From an uncultured Clostridia bacterium (GTDB taxonomy: Bacteria; Bacillota; Clostridia; Christensenellales; UBA1242), in NCBI GenBank assembly GCA_947626955.1, contig CANQUB010000002.1, positions 1,505 through 65,504 on the forward strand: a stretch of DNA of 64,000 nt, given 5' to 3'. Of the stretch, positions 27,092 through 41,000 are shown piece after piece. Both the position numbers and the translations under genes were made by a program. The notes under the pieces are model-generated. The model saw only the letters and a list, made by a program, of their open reading frames with translations, was not told the origin of the DNA and did no database searches. Numbering within the stretch: position 1 is the first letter of the stretch; each line of letters opens with the position of its first letter.

Positions 27092-28989
27092 CTTGTCACC
27101 TTGTTTTTAACGCAGATTATAACAATAAGCAGTATGACATTAATTAACACCAAAAACATTCCAATAAACTGCACAGTGTTCCATGAGTCGGCCTCAAGGT
27201 TGTAGGTGTAGATGTAGCCGGTAAGTTCGTTGCCGTCCTCGTCGTTGAAGGTAATTAGTGTGTAGTTGGTGATTGTGTCTCGCTTGCCGATAACCTTTAC
27301 TCGGTGTCCCTTGTTTAAAATGACATCGAGTGCTTCGCCCTTGTCGTTCGCGGTGACGAAAATTTTGCAGTTGTTACGCATGACGGTAGCGTTTGGCAAA
27401 ACCCTTTCGGTGACCGAACCCACTTCGATAACTCTCGAGCGGTCTATAAAGCCAAGGTCGGTGCCGTTTACAGTTACAAGCAAATATTTGCTACTTGTCT
27501 CATTAGCCCCGAAGGTGGTATAGTCACGAAGAGTGCTCAAAACGTGCAGCCTGGCCGATGAGGAAGTGGCAATTTCACGCACTTCGACATTTTTTTCATC
27601 AATGACGTTTGATGGCAGGCTGTAAATTTTGGTGTAGGCCAACACAGTAACATAATTTTTGGTAAATTCGCCGACCTCTTCATCGGTGATGGTCTTTGTG
27701 TCCAGTGTGCTGACATAGCCATAGTAGTTTTGTCCATTCTCGGTGTAGAGAACATAGCTCCAACCCTCAACAAGGGTGTCGTCTTGGTTATAGCCCTGGC
27801 CAAGAATGGTCACATAATGGTCGACCTTTGCCGTGGCTAGTGGGCTGCGACTGCTTGAGTATGGAGTCTGCTTTACAGGGGTGTCTTTTGCTACTTTCTT
27901 GTAGACATATTCTCGAGCATCATCATATAGAACTTCATGAACATGGTCGTTTTCAAGCAGATAGCCACTAGGGTTGAACACCTCTTCGCCAAGGTCGTAG
28001 ATGACCAGCTTTTGAGCGGCGTTATCTATGCAAGAAATGTAGCCGCCCTTTAGCGAAGAGTCGGTGAGAGAGAACTCTTCATCAAAGGTTATATCTTCTC
28101 TTTCGGCTGGGGTTAAGGTTTTTGCGGCCATGTCGAAGGTAAAGAAGACAATCTTGCTTTCTGAAACTATAGCCAGTTCGTCAGCCTCGGCGTTTTTAAA
28201 GCGAACAAGGTCAAAATTTAGGATATTTTCTTCAATGGTGGTCTCGTTTACTGTAACCTCGCTAACCGAATTTATGGTGGTTGTAGACGTAGGGTCGAGT
28301 TCGCAGGCTAGAAGAGTGGTTTGCTTGCTAAATACAATTATAATTTTCTCCTCATTACAAAATGCCTTTGCGTGTTCGTAAGACTGGACAAGTGCCCCAG
28401 CACCAACACCCGAACTTATACTGAAAGTCTTGGCGTCACTAATGGTTATGTTTTCTTCCTTGCTAATTTTAGCTAGCTCAAATTGACCGCTAACAGGGTC
28501 GGCTGGGTACAAAAGAATGTAGCTTTGCTCTTGACACTTGACAATTTCTAGGCTCTTTGCCGAGGACAGGGTGGTGAGGCTCTCGGTGCCAGTTATGCTG
28601 ACAGGCTGACCAAATGTTTCAGCATTAAGACTGACTGCCGAAAGTGAAGCCTGTTTAGGCTCATCTTGGCCAAGCGAGTAGATAATTAGGTCGTCGTCTA
28701 AAAACAGCATATCTTTAACACCATTTGCCGCTATGCGGTCATTTTCGGCCTCAAATTTATGTGTCTTACCGCTAATTACCTTTATGGTTTGATCGTCTTC
28801 ATCAAAGACGTAGATCTTGTCACCGTTAACTTTAACAAGGGAGACATCAATCAAAAATAAAGAATCTTTTTGCGTGCTTTCGGCCAAGGCCCTTGCGGGA
28901 GTTTTTGCTCCCGCAAAAGGCTGGCCTAGGCCAAGACAAAGGGTTAGAAGTAGTAGAATTGATGTTAGGGTTTTTTTGAAGTTTTTCAT
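27088..28989 (-). CDS. secreted/anchored protein: signal peptide, propeller-like beta-repeat region, about 3 SH3b-like modules, C-terminal TM helix
   Basis: Signal peptide LLLLTLCLGLGQPFAGA. Repeated strand pairs (KIYVFDEDDQTIKVI, DLIIYSLGQD, KIIIVFSKQTTLLACE, SKIVFFTFD, QKLVIYDL). SH3b-like ends (YYGYVSTLDT, LGFIDRSRVIEV, LTGYIYTYNLE). TM helix FIGMFLVLINVILLIVIICV. The RBS sits within the 11-nt spacer after the giant ORF. Confidence 0.7.
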   Translation of the reverse strand: MKNFKKTLTSILLLLTLCLGLGQPFAGAKTPARALAESTQKDSLFLIDVSLVKVNGDKIYVFDEDDQTIKVISGKTHKFEAENDRIAANGVKDMLFLDDDLIIYSLGQDEPKQASLSAVSLNAETFGQPVSITGTESLTTLSSAKSLEIVKCQEQSYILLYPADPVSGQFELAKISKEENITISDAKTFSISSGVGAGALVQSYEHAKAFCNEEKIIIVFSKQTTLLACELDPTSTTTINSVSEVTVNETTIEENILNFDLVRFKNAEADELAIVSESKIVFFTFDMAAKTLTPAEREDITFDEEFSLTDSSLKGGYISCIDNAAQKLVIYDLGEEVFNPSGYLLENDHVHEVLYDDAREYVYKKVAKDTPVKQTPYSSSRSPLATAKVDHYVTILGQGYNQDDTLVEGWSYVLYTENGQNYYGYVSTLDTKTITDEEVGEFTKNYVTVLAYTKIYSLPSNVIDEKNVEVREIATSSSARLHVLSTLRDYTTFGANETSSKYLLVTVNGTDLGFIDRSRVIEVGSVTERVLPNATVMRNNCKIFVTANDKGEALDVILNKGHRVKVIGKRDTITNYTLITFNDEDGNELTGYIYTYNLEADSWNTVQFIGMFLVLINVILLIVIICVKNKVTR

Positions 28990-29000
28990 GTTTTTATCCT

Positions 29001-32000
29001 TTAAAACAAATTAACTAATATGTCTAGGAAGTCTCGATCGGTTTTAAACACAAGCGAAATCATTTCTGCCACGTACAAATACCATGTTGAGCCTACCAAT
29101 ATTATTCCGCCGACAGCATTCAGTACTGGCCATGGACTATACCTATGTTCGTTCGAACGAATTCTTACTCTTGGATCAAGTTTTAGCTGCAGTGTTATTT
29201 TGTTTGAGCCTTGCTTTGCTAAGCTTTCACCATCAAGACACATCATACCTCTTATAAGTCGTCGGAAACTTCCAAGATATTTGAGTGCTCCATTGAACAA
29301 ACCACCAAAATAGTTTCTTAGAACCTTACCAAATGGCAATTTGTTGCATGTTCCTTGGTCTTCATCGGAGTAGGCAAATGTGTTGTTACTTGTGCTAATA
29401 CCATTGAAGCCGGCATTTTCGTACGACAAATTCCATTCGAGCGTAGCTTTAATGAAGTAGTCATAACCTTTTTCAGCTCTCCAAACAACTTTGGCGTCTT
29501 TTGGATGGTTGACTTGTTTTTGATGGTGCTCACTAAGAACGTAGTGATAGAACACAAGGTCGTCGGCATGGAAGAAAGCGTGATAGGAGTTGACATCAAC
29601 GCCATTTCGACACAAATTGAATACGTCGATGACAGTGTAGTGGAAGAAGTTATTGATGTTGTTTTGAGCTTCTTGTCCGGTTCCAAAGTCTATGTTGAAG
29701 TATCTATACAGCAGGTCGGCCATGGCTTCTTGATAGGTATCTAGTTTAGAATAATCTTTCCAAACGTCTTGGCAGGCTGATAGATAATCTTCTCCACGTC
29801 TTTTACCACCAAGGTCATTGTTGCTCGATCGGTCACCCGTTGGTGCAAGACCCACAATCTTTCCGTCTTCGCCAACATCCTTGATTATTGAGGACTCAGT
29901 GAGCATTATTCGAAGAACTTTGGCAAGTTCAAGATCATTCTTGGTTCCTTTTGTTGGATTTGCTTCAAGTATATCTACGATGTCTAGCAGCAAGTTTAGT
30001 AGATATCCACCGTTTTCCATAATAATTATGTAGGCGTTGGTTATTTCGTATTGATTGAGTAAGTCAATACAATCTGCACCATTGTTATTGCTAATCTTAA
30101 GCTTGTTTAGGTCTGCATTTTTAGTAAGGTTTACTACAGAATTGTCTCCAACCTTTACGCTGGCTTCTAGTGTGTAGGCAAATTGGAAATATTTCAAGAG
30201 TACATTTACATCTGGAAGTAGGGTGAGTGGCTGGTCACTATCTTCAAGCTGGTCAATATAGTCTGTATAGAAACCATTGACTTGCGTTGCAGTTTGGACA
30301 TTAATTTCGCTTTGGTTAGTTGAAACATATCCAGGGGTCTCAATTCCCGAAGCATAGATGACTTTTTCACCTCCCGATATATTGCTAAGAGGATTATTCT
30401 GGGTTATCCTAACAGTAGGGAAGCCGTATTCAGTGGCCGAAACTTTGTAGTCTATTACAATTGTTCCTTTCGAGAAATCAACTTGAAGCGCACCTTTCTC
30501 TGTGAAGGATTTTGGATCAATCTTTTCGCCATCTATTTCTAGTGTGAAGAGATTGGCTTTGAGTCTTGGTCCGTCAATTCCGGTTATTTCATCTGGTTGA
30601 GTGTCGATATATCTTAAAATATTGTCGACCTTTGGTATGAGCTTATTATCCGCACCGATGTAGTATTCATATTGGTTATCCCCAAAACCATAGGCATATA
30701 GCGACGCTGGAACATTTCCATCTGTGCCAAATTTCAAATCGAAAGCCTTTTGATTGTTTTTATACTTAGCTTTGGCATAGCTATTGGTATTTTGAGCGGT
30801 GAATGCTACTGTCTTCATTTGATCTTTACTGTATGTTGTATGATTATTATAGGCAATGTAAACTGGTTCGCCTGAAATATAAGATAGCACTTGATTATTG
30901 CGATCTGCACTCTTTTCAATTGAAATTAAGCTGGTTTGGATTCTTGTTGGAATAACATATTTTTGCTCTTGATACTCGTCTATTTCTGAAGATGAATAAA
31001 TTAAATTGCCATCAACATCATTTATTGCATAGACATATGGGTCATGTTTGTCAATGGTTATTTGAGTATTGGTGTTTGCTCGGTTATTCTTGTTTGAACC
31101 GTTTGTGTAAGTATAATAATATGTTCCGGCCGAAGGGTTTTCCCAGTTTGGAGCTTCACGGATATAGTCGGCGTAGGTGAGGTAGGTGTCTCCCATCTGA
31201 TCATTACCCTTACCATTTGGTGCATAAACATAGGCACCAAGCACATCGGTGATATTTATAATTAACCTATATGAAATGTACGAATAGTATGCATCAATTA
31301 TTATGTCTTGGTCGATGTCATAGATATACAGGTTATTTCTCTGGTCGGCGCCGGTAAACTCTCCGGTGCTTGAATCATAGAGGCCATAAACATCATCATA
31401 TTTCAACCTATACACACCAGGCCATTTTTCATAGCCCTCATCGGTAAACTCATGAGCTGGATCTGCCGAGTCGTAGGCAATTTTAATTTTCCTTTCATCT
31501 GATGTGGTGAACTCTTTCTCGGTTGCCCAACCGGCGAATTGAACATAGCGGTGAGATACCGAGGTTAGAAGGGTAGGAGTGTAGGCCTCAACCAGCCTGT
31601 CACCCTTTACATTGGCCGATTGAACTTCCTTCTTGGTCATCCTTGATATGCCCTCGCTGCCCTCTGGGTCGTCCTCATCATACATGACTTCATTGTCTTC
31701 CATGAACTGGTACTGGTTGACAGTTATTGAGAATACTCTAGCTTCGTAGAGAGCATAAACAATGGTATCGTTTGAAAGGGTTATGGTAGTCTCGGCGCTA
31801 TAATAGTTGCCTCTACCATCTTTGAGCAGGCGGTAATTGTTAATGAAGACATAGCTTGTGATAGGAGTGGTATGGCTTTGCTCATCAAAGTCTTGGACAT
31901 TAATGTTGTTATAGTAGCTGGCTGAGATGAGTATGAAGCCAAGGAAGAAGTAGTTTTCTTTGATGTCAGCCGAAAGGGTTACTGCAGTATTTCTTGGAAT

Positions 32001-35000
32001 AAAGCTAGAATTTATTTCTTTAGTAGGGCCACGAAGATTATCATTGTCTCTAATCTCATATCTAACATTATCAATTTCAGCGTGCCTACTCAAATTAAGC
32101 ATTGTGAACATTGAGTCGTCGGTGTAGAATTTCTTGTTGGCTTTAACCGTCTTAAACAACAGGCTGACATATCGGTCTACAGCAATCGAGATGATGTACT
32201 GCTTTATGTTGCTGGCAGGATCTTTTGCACTCTTGTTGAAGTTGTAGGTATAGAAAACGTGCCCATAGCGAGGATTGTTGTATACAACCTTTCGATCATT
32301 TAAAAGCGAAAGCTCTTTAAGACCATCTAGGCCCAGCAGATACAGGTTGGTATGTTGATACTTTGTGTAGCTGCCATCAAGGTTATCGCTATGATATATC
32401 AAGTTAGACTTTTCTTCGATGGTGAGCTCAACATCAAGTGCATCCTCCGAAACAAAGCCAAGAACAAAGCCTTGCTGGCTAACCATTGAATCACCAGTTT
32501 GCACATAGTTGGCTTTTATAGTGCCGTCATATTCAGGGTTGGCAAGAACGGCAAAGATATCGGTCTTTCCTGTCAGGCCAAGGCTCAAGAAGTCGGCAAG
32601 CAGAGATATTGGAGCATTTGCGTAGAAGATGAATTTATCTAGCGTTGCGTTGTCCGAAACATTGGCTGAAGAGATGAGTGCAGTTGCAAGTACAAATGGA
32701 TAGCGGTTTAGTTCTAGCTTTTGCTTCCACCAGTCTTGCGAGCCGCTAAGCTGAGGCTCAGTGCCAAATACATATCCTTTGTTAAGCAGGTTTTTGTTAA
32801 ATACTCCGGCATTTGCATAGTTACCCAAAATGCCTTTGAATATGTAGCCACCAGCAACAAGTTCGTCAGGATTGTCAATCTTGACTTCAGCCGACAAGAT
32901 CATGCCTTCTTCGGCCCAGTAGGTGATGATGGCTTTATCGAGATCAGTTTCGTTGAAGGACTCTTTTATTTTAGTCTTATCAATTGTAAGGTTGTTGGTC
33001 TTTATGTAGTATAGCCCAATTGTGAAGTCGTCGCTGCAATAGTCATAGGCAAATTCAACCCTGTAAAGCCTCTTGGCTTCGGCCGTAATAACGGTGTCTG
33101 AAACATGCTTTGATAGGTCGATCTCGGCCGAGGTATCGTATCTTGTGTTTAGGGTGTTGCCGTCGCTATCCACAAAGCGGTAGAATCTTAGGCGAACGTT
33201 ATTGTCGGTAGTGTCCTTTTCGTAGAACTTTTCTAGCTTAAGAGCGTCAAGATACGTACTGTCGCTTGTGCTTTCTTCAAAGTTAAGTGCAGATACAGAT
33301 ACTTTTACATTAGCCTTAACATAGCTGTTAGGATAGGTAATAGTGTAGGTCATTGTGTCGAAGTCGAAGTTGACATACAGATTGCCAAGTGCTGAGTCGG
33401 TGTAGTGGTTGTTTGGAGCAACTGCTGTACCATTGACCGTGATTGAGAAGCTAGAACTATCATAATTTGCATCAAGTGTTAATGTATTGATAATTTCTTC
33501 AAACAGAGCGTAGATGACATATACGCCGTCCTCTATTTCGATAGAACTTGTTATTATGCTTGGATCGATCATGAGCATCTGCGAATTGGTATTGTTTATG
33601 GCAAGGCCCATACGCTTGTAGCAGTAGCCCTTGAACACGAAATAATTATTGGTGTCGCTTGCAAACAGGGCAGTACCCGAGCCCCAAGAGCATTCAAACT
33701 CAGTTGAGCTGTTATATGAAGAAACCTGTTTGTCACCATACTTGATGTTTAGCCCATCGGTTGGAATGTTATATTTGGTTGCATCATCTGAATTTATAAC
33801 AATTTCCACTTTCATTTTGGCCTTGATATTTGTGGTGTATTCAATTGTTATATAACTTTCTGTGGCAAATTCTATCGTGCCACTTGTGAAGGTTTGGCCG
33901 TTATAAGCAAAGGCATTGCGATCGATTGCACCAACTTTGTCAAGGAAGTTGAAATTGTCAAGTTCGGTCAAGAACTCAATCAATCCGTCGAGGGTCATTG
34001 GGCTCTTATCTTCATATATATAGAGGTTATAAGTGCTCTTAGCACGAGTAGGGTTGTTAGAGCCTTCGGCCATCGAAGCCGTCCAAATGATGAAGTTTAT
34101 GGTTGTGACATGCTTATACACAACTTTTAGCATGAGATTAGCTTTTAGCGACAATTCAATGGTGTAGGATGTTACATAATTACTTAGGTTGCTATCGAAT
34201 GTGCTGTATGTTGGGATAGTAGTATTGACAATTGCAAGTGACTCTAGACCAGTACCGCCGTTAAGCAAGCTTACATAGTCTGAGGTGCTGGATTTTACCA
34301 AAATATCGGTGATCGCATAGTTTTTATATGCGTTTACCGTTAGAGAATAATAGCCATTAACACCAGCTAGTCCGCCACGTTCGCTGATCGAAACTTTGCC
34401 GGCATTTTCGTCATTTTCGGCCACAACCAGGGTGTAGAGAGTGCCGATGACAGCATTAATAGTAAGGCTGCCACTTAGATCGGATGGTAAAGTGTAGTTA
34501 TAGAGAATATTTCTATAATTGTCACCACCAATGACATATTCTAGGAATTGTTCGTCGGCTGACAACTCAACATAGAGGTTGACCACACTGCCAACAACCA
34601 ACTGCCTGGTCTGGCTTTGAGAGGCTGTTACCTCGAAGCTTTGGGTGGTCGAGGTGCTAGGGTCGTAAACGGTGACCACAAGTTTACTGCTTGAAGTTTG
34701 GGTTATAGAGAATGTGGTAGAGATTGTAGCACGGCTATTTAGTACCACGCTTGACTTTGCACCATCTGCAGCATTTTGAGTGGTTGTAACATTATTAACA
34801 TGTGCAGCACACTCAACTACAGTATTGTAGCCAATAATATTAACCTTTGCCACAGTAGAAACATCAGTTCCAACTGTAAAGCTGCTGCCGCTTGAAACTT
34901 GGTGTCCAGCCGCAGCATTATATTGGTTGTGGACATACGAACCAGCCAAAGATGTGCTAGTTATCTTTGTCGAGGTATTGGTGAGCCCTAATCTGGCCGA

Positions 35001-38000
35001 AGTGTCTTGACCCGAATAGTTGGTTACAACCTGACTATACAAGCTAAATGTGTTCGCTGTTCGATAGTCAATGGTGTATTGAGAAAGCTTAACGAATCTG
35101 GCCGTTACATTTGCTACAACGCCATCATATTTAGCTGTTTGAGTTGTGCTATATGTGTTAGACAATTTGAGTTCGTCAATTGTATTGCCAAAAGCAATTG
35201 TGGTGTAGTATCCGACGAACATATATTTTTCGCCATATATGGTGTAAATTTGGTTTGCTCTATCTTCTTGGCTAGAAGAAAGGGAAATATCTCTGCTATC
35301 AATATAATGCTCTTCGCGTGAGTCATATATTGTATAGTAATGCTCAGTGTCGTCAAACACCGAAACATTTTCATATTCTTCATATTTGGCAACCAGGCTT
35401 ATGTCGTCGCTCACCGTCATATCAAAGTTGTAGTTGTAGGAAAGGGCATAGGTGGAGTTTGCAACGTTTTGGCCGTTGTATACGTACCAGCCTTGGAAGT
35501 AGTAGGTCTTGCCATTGCCACTAAGCGTTCTTAGAGCTGAAAGATTAAGGTTATCATTAATATATCCATAGTAATAATTATATCTAAGCTCGTTGGTGTT
35601 ATTAAATCTAACATTGATTGTATTTTCATTATTCTGCGTTACTGTAATAGCATCAATTTGATTGAAATCAAGGCCAAACTTAGAATTAATTTCGCTTTTA
35701 TCCACGCTGCCGTTTACTGCCACATAGAAGTTTATGTTGGTCTCCTGAACAAAGCGTATGTCAACCATAATGTCGCCTTTTCCCTCAGGAACAGCAAAGC
35801 TATACGAGTATGTTGAACGACTGATGTCGATGGCTTCTTGATTGACAAAGATGGCTTTTACCTTATATCCTGCATTCGTATTGACAGAAATATTAATTTC
35901 ATTTTCTTGACTTGTATAGAAGTATTGAGGAGCCACAACTGAGCCACCTGATGGCGTGGTTGAACTGATGTTGACGCTATCCCTTGCAAATGAGGTGGTC
36001 TTGTATGATATTGCATATTCCTTATAGTACACTGCGGTCACGATAAGATTACTTACAGTGTTGACTGCAAGTCTAGCCACAGTTTTTGCCGTATCAGCAA
36101 CATACAAAAGATTGCTTGAAATGTCGGTGCCGTTGTCATAGACAGTGAAGCCCATAAAGCGGTATCCGCTTACATGGTCGGCTGCAAGCACAAGTTCGCC
36201 ACCAAGGTGCAGGTTTAGCGACATACTTGAGCGGTCGCTGTTCATGCTATAGAGTTTGACGCTGGTGTCTGGGGTTTCGTTTGTGCCTTTATTTTCAATA
36301 ATGTTTCCAACAGCCCAAATGGTTAGATCCATGGTTGATGGCTCGTTGTCGACCTCTCTTTCAATGGTGAGGTTGACGGTGGTGATATATCTAGCCACAA
36401 TGGTAGCATTTCGGGTTATTTTATATATGTCTTGATCAATTGTAGCCTCTCTTGATACCAAGGTTTCGTTTATGTACCAACCAACGAAGATATATCTTTG
36501 ATTCTCGGTCGATGTGGTAAATGAATAACTAAGATCGGCAGCCTGAATATTGAAGTTCTTTGTTGCATCTGTGAGTGTTCCGTCCTCACTTTCAACAGCG
36601 TTTTCACGGATGGAGTAGGAAAGAGCAATGTCATCGTAGTTGTCGACCTGCCCGTCAAGCTCACGCATAAGCTGAATTTGAATTGAAGGAACAAAGTCCA
36701 CAGTGAGTGAGGATGACTGCGCTGTGTATTGCAGAGTTATTAATTGAAGCGCGTTATCTAGTCTCTCAGACTGGCCGCCATGGTAGTTTACAATTGAGGA
36801 TACGAAATAGCGGTCAGAAACAACACTAGAAATGGAAATTCTAATAGTTAATTTAGTATTGCTAATATAAACGATGTCTTTTTCAAGGTCGCTGCTTAGC
36901 GATACCGTCTTTTGCTGGTTTTGAGCATCGGTATAGATGATTACTATATCAAACAGCGACTTGAAGGCGTTGGTCATCTGTCCACCAAAGTAATAATTTG
37001 ACTGATCCTTGTCATCTTCGGAAATGGTGATGTTTTTGGTGACATGAAGGGTGGAAACTTGCGAGTAGATGGCTTGAATTTCAACTCTATAAATTTCATA
37101 GGTTGAGCCCGATTGACGAGTTCCGTCATCAATGTTCAATATAATTTCGGCATCTTTTTGATCGCTCAGCATGCGAGGGTTGCTGGCTTTGCCGTTTCTC
37201 CAATAGTTGAAGAAGTAGCGGTCAAGATTGTTGGTCCTGGTTTCAACCACGTGAAGTTTTACGCCCGAAGGCACTCTAAACAAGTCGGATGTGGAGTTTG
37301 TGAAGGCTCTTTCTTTCTGTCCATCACGAACATCGTCATAGCTTACAGTTGCCGAGAAGCCGTTTACTGTTGTGTTTGAAGTTAGAGACAAACTTCTTAC
37401 TGAAAGGTTCAAATAATAGGTGAATCTGGCCTCAACAGCCATATCTTCTTTGACAGTGATATTGTAGGTGTACTCCGAAGATAGAAGCTGGCCGTCTTTA
37501 AACCAACCAATGAAATAGAAATAATCTTTGGTGGAGTCTAGAAGGGACAATGAAATGTCGGTGTTAAGTGCAAATGTACCACTTAGGCCATATGAGTTTT
37601 GTCCCATCATGATTCGAGTTAGGGCACCAATATTTGCTTGCTCTGGGTCGGTGGTCATGTCTATAGTGCGATACAGTCTTTGACTTATTGAAATGCGTGT
37701 TCCACGCTGATACAAAACGCTGATTGTGATGTCGGTTTCAATACGCGAAATAGTGACATGAATATAGCCTTCATGGTTCTCGGTAAGAAGGGTTGGTCCA
37801 GGATTGCTTGGAGTTACAGTAACGGTAGGATAAGTATAGTTTTCGATGATGTAGCAATCTAATTCCAAGGTTGCACCATTTAGAACATAGTTGTAGCCAC
37901 CTTCTTCGTAATAGCCAAATACTGTGGTGCTAAACGAATTTGCACCGCTGCGAATGTTGCCTTGATCGTTTATTTGCATTGAACCTTGACCATCGGCATC

Positions 38001-41000
38001 AATTGTCACTTTGTCAATCTTGACATACTTAATCTCGTAAACACCGGTAGGTGAAAGGACAAGGCTTTGAGCGTCTGTTCCAACAAACTCAACCTCACTT
38101 ACGCCTTGCTGGTAGTTGTATTCGGTCTTAAAGTAGCCAAGGAAGGCGTAAACCGATCCGTTGTAGCTTATAAATTGCGACTTGGTTGCAATCTGCAAAA
38201 TTGCATTGGAGCTAAAGGTGTAAACCCCGGTTCCGTCAAATGTAATCTGGCCATTTTCTTCAAATTCTTCATTATCTAAGAAGCGTTTGCCGTTAAATAT
38301 CAATAGGCTGATTGCCCCAAGGTTTTCAGGGAATTGAGTTCCGGCAATAAAGGCGTCGTTAACACTGTCGACATAGCTATGGGTGAAGATTACCTGCTGA
38401 GTGGTCTCAATGATGGCCTTTGCATAGTAAGCCGAGTTATTTGTAGATAGCTCGAAGTAGTTGTTTGTGTTTAGTTCAACAAGGTCTCCCGAGTACTCGA
38501 AGTTTATGATAAATTCTCCCGACTTTTGACCTTTATAAGCATCCGTGTTAAGTCCAGGGAAGGTGGCTGCAAGGTCGTTAGTATTTTGGCCACATCCATT
38601 GATGTACCACTCGAAGATGGTTGCTCCTTCTTCGGCCCTTTGAAGGGTTATAAGGGCAAGTTTGCCGCTCATTTCGTCGTCAAAGTAGCCGTAGAGTGCA
38701 AGGTGGCCGCCAACCAGCGAAGCACAGATAGGGTATTGAGTGCTGTCTTTGCCGTCTAGGTTCAAAATTGAATCAACATATCCGTCAAACTTTGATCCGT
38801 CGGTCTCTACCAAAAGTTTTGGACTTGCAGAGTCGGAAAGGTCATAGAGTGCAAAGTCGACATTGTTGAATGTATACTCCGAATTTTGTCCTCTTGAACT
38901 TGCGTAGTTCTCGATGTCGATATATACAAGGTTGACTTTCTTGGTCAAAGCCTCAAGCTTAACGTTTGTCAATCTGTCTGTAAGGCTAGCAATTTCTTTA
39001 ACAGGTAGACTCATGCCAAACACACCATTTAGACGCATATCGCCATAGGTGTAGGCCGTGCCGTCATAATCACTATTTCCATCTTTGTCAAAGTAGGTGA
39101 TGTGGTCGTTGTTAAGGTCAAGCTTAATTGGGGTGGCAAAAGAAGCATCTTTATTAACAAAGTTGAAGCCATCAAAGCGATAACCGCCGCTTGGAATAAC
39201 GGTTATTTGAAGCTCGGTATCAAAGCAGAATTTGCCGGTGATTGAGCACATATTACCAGTGATTGACTGAGTCACTGGCTGGCCAAGGCTGTCTAGCCCG
39301 TTATTTGCAAAGTTTATAGTAATTTTGCTCATATCGTAGGTAAATTCTACCTGAACCACTCTCTTATAGAGTGCCACAATAACAGTATCCGAGGTTGCAA
39401 GCGACAGGTATGGCTTTTCTAGGTCATGGGACATAATGGTCATTGGTGACCATAGACCGGTTTGCCTGTCATACTTTTGCTCATACCAACCAACAAAGGC
39501 GTAGCCATTTTCTGCTGCCGAAGTACCATCAAGAAGCACAACGCTGTTTTCGGCAAAAGCAAAGTCTTCGAGCAGGGTGTGGTCTCGGCCGTCTGTGCCG
39601 TATGGCAAGCCCTTATAGTGGGTGTCAAAGACAAATGGTGTGTCGCCAACATAGTAGCCGTTATCACCATGGTTTTTATAGCTATATTCGAGCTCTTCCT
39701 TTTCGCCTGTGCCAAGATAGGTTCGGCCATTTGTTCCAATTGCGGCGTACAGGCCGTTTAGAAGATTGTGCGCCGTTGCGCCTTTCTTCAAAATAACCTT
39801 GCCGTTTTCTTCATACTTAAAGTCGGTTGAATCTTCTTCTTGCTCAAATTGGTCAATGGTCATTGACTGGATGGTGTAGCTGTAAATAGGTATGGTCGAA
39901 AGGTTTACAAAGTTTTGTTGTCCGCTCTTTATCAAATATGGTGGCTGATAATCTTTATCACGCCTAACTTGCCTTATTTGGTTAAAGATTGTAAAGGCAT
40001 CTGAATACTCAGTAGACGATGTGCTGTCTGTGACATGGTCAACATAGTATAGCCCTGGCTGCTTCATTGCAAGGCTGAGCTGGTTTAGACCATCTTGAAT
40101 GTTTTCATAATTTTTTCCACGAACCCTAGCTAAAACATCGCTAGCAAGGTGAAGTCTATCAAAGTATTTGTCTAGGTTTACAGTTTGCAGACCATTGATG
40201 TCGGCTCCTAGATCATAATCAATTTTGTTTCCAAAATTATCATAGTGAACGAAGCCAGCCTTGTTATAGAAGTCAAGGTAGTTACCGGCAAGCACGTCAA
40301 AGGACATTGAATCGCCACGGGTAGGGTGAACAATGTAGCTGCCGTATTCGTTTTCTGGGTCACGGTCGTAGGTGACTCTAAAGATATAATAGTAATAATC
40401 AACGCGATCGGTTTCACGTGCTGACTGGTTGTAGTTGATAAAGTCGTCGGTTGGGTACAAAATTGGCTCTAAGACATAGTTAGAATTCATGCCAAGCGAA
40501 TGTATGGACAAATTATACTGCGATTGAACACTGACCACAATATAAACCGTGGTCATTGGATCAAAGTACATCGACTTCATAACCAAACTTTTATCTAGCG
40601 ATGGATCCTTGTCGGCGTTGACACGATATACACTTGTTTTGCCGCCAAAACCACTTAATAACGAGCTATAGTTATCTGCCCCAACATATGGCTTATCTTT
40701 TCTTTGACTTTGTCCTTCACGATATGTAAAGTCCTTGTTCAAAAATTCTGAGAAGTTAGAAGCTCTGTCGCCATCGTAGAGCTTAAATAGGCTTCTATCC
40801 AAACCGTAAGCATTATAGTCGTAAGCATCAGTGGCGTTTACATACGCACCATCAATACTGCTGCTTCTCAGATGCATTGGCTCTTCGAGGTTCTTTTCGA
40901 CATCTTGGCTAGTGTAGTAGACAGCCTCGACCTTAATTCCCGAATATTCCTCGTCTTCAACATAAATATATTCATTGTAAATTTCAATAAATTTGGCAAC

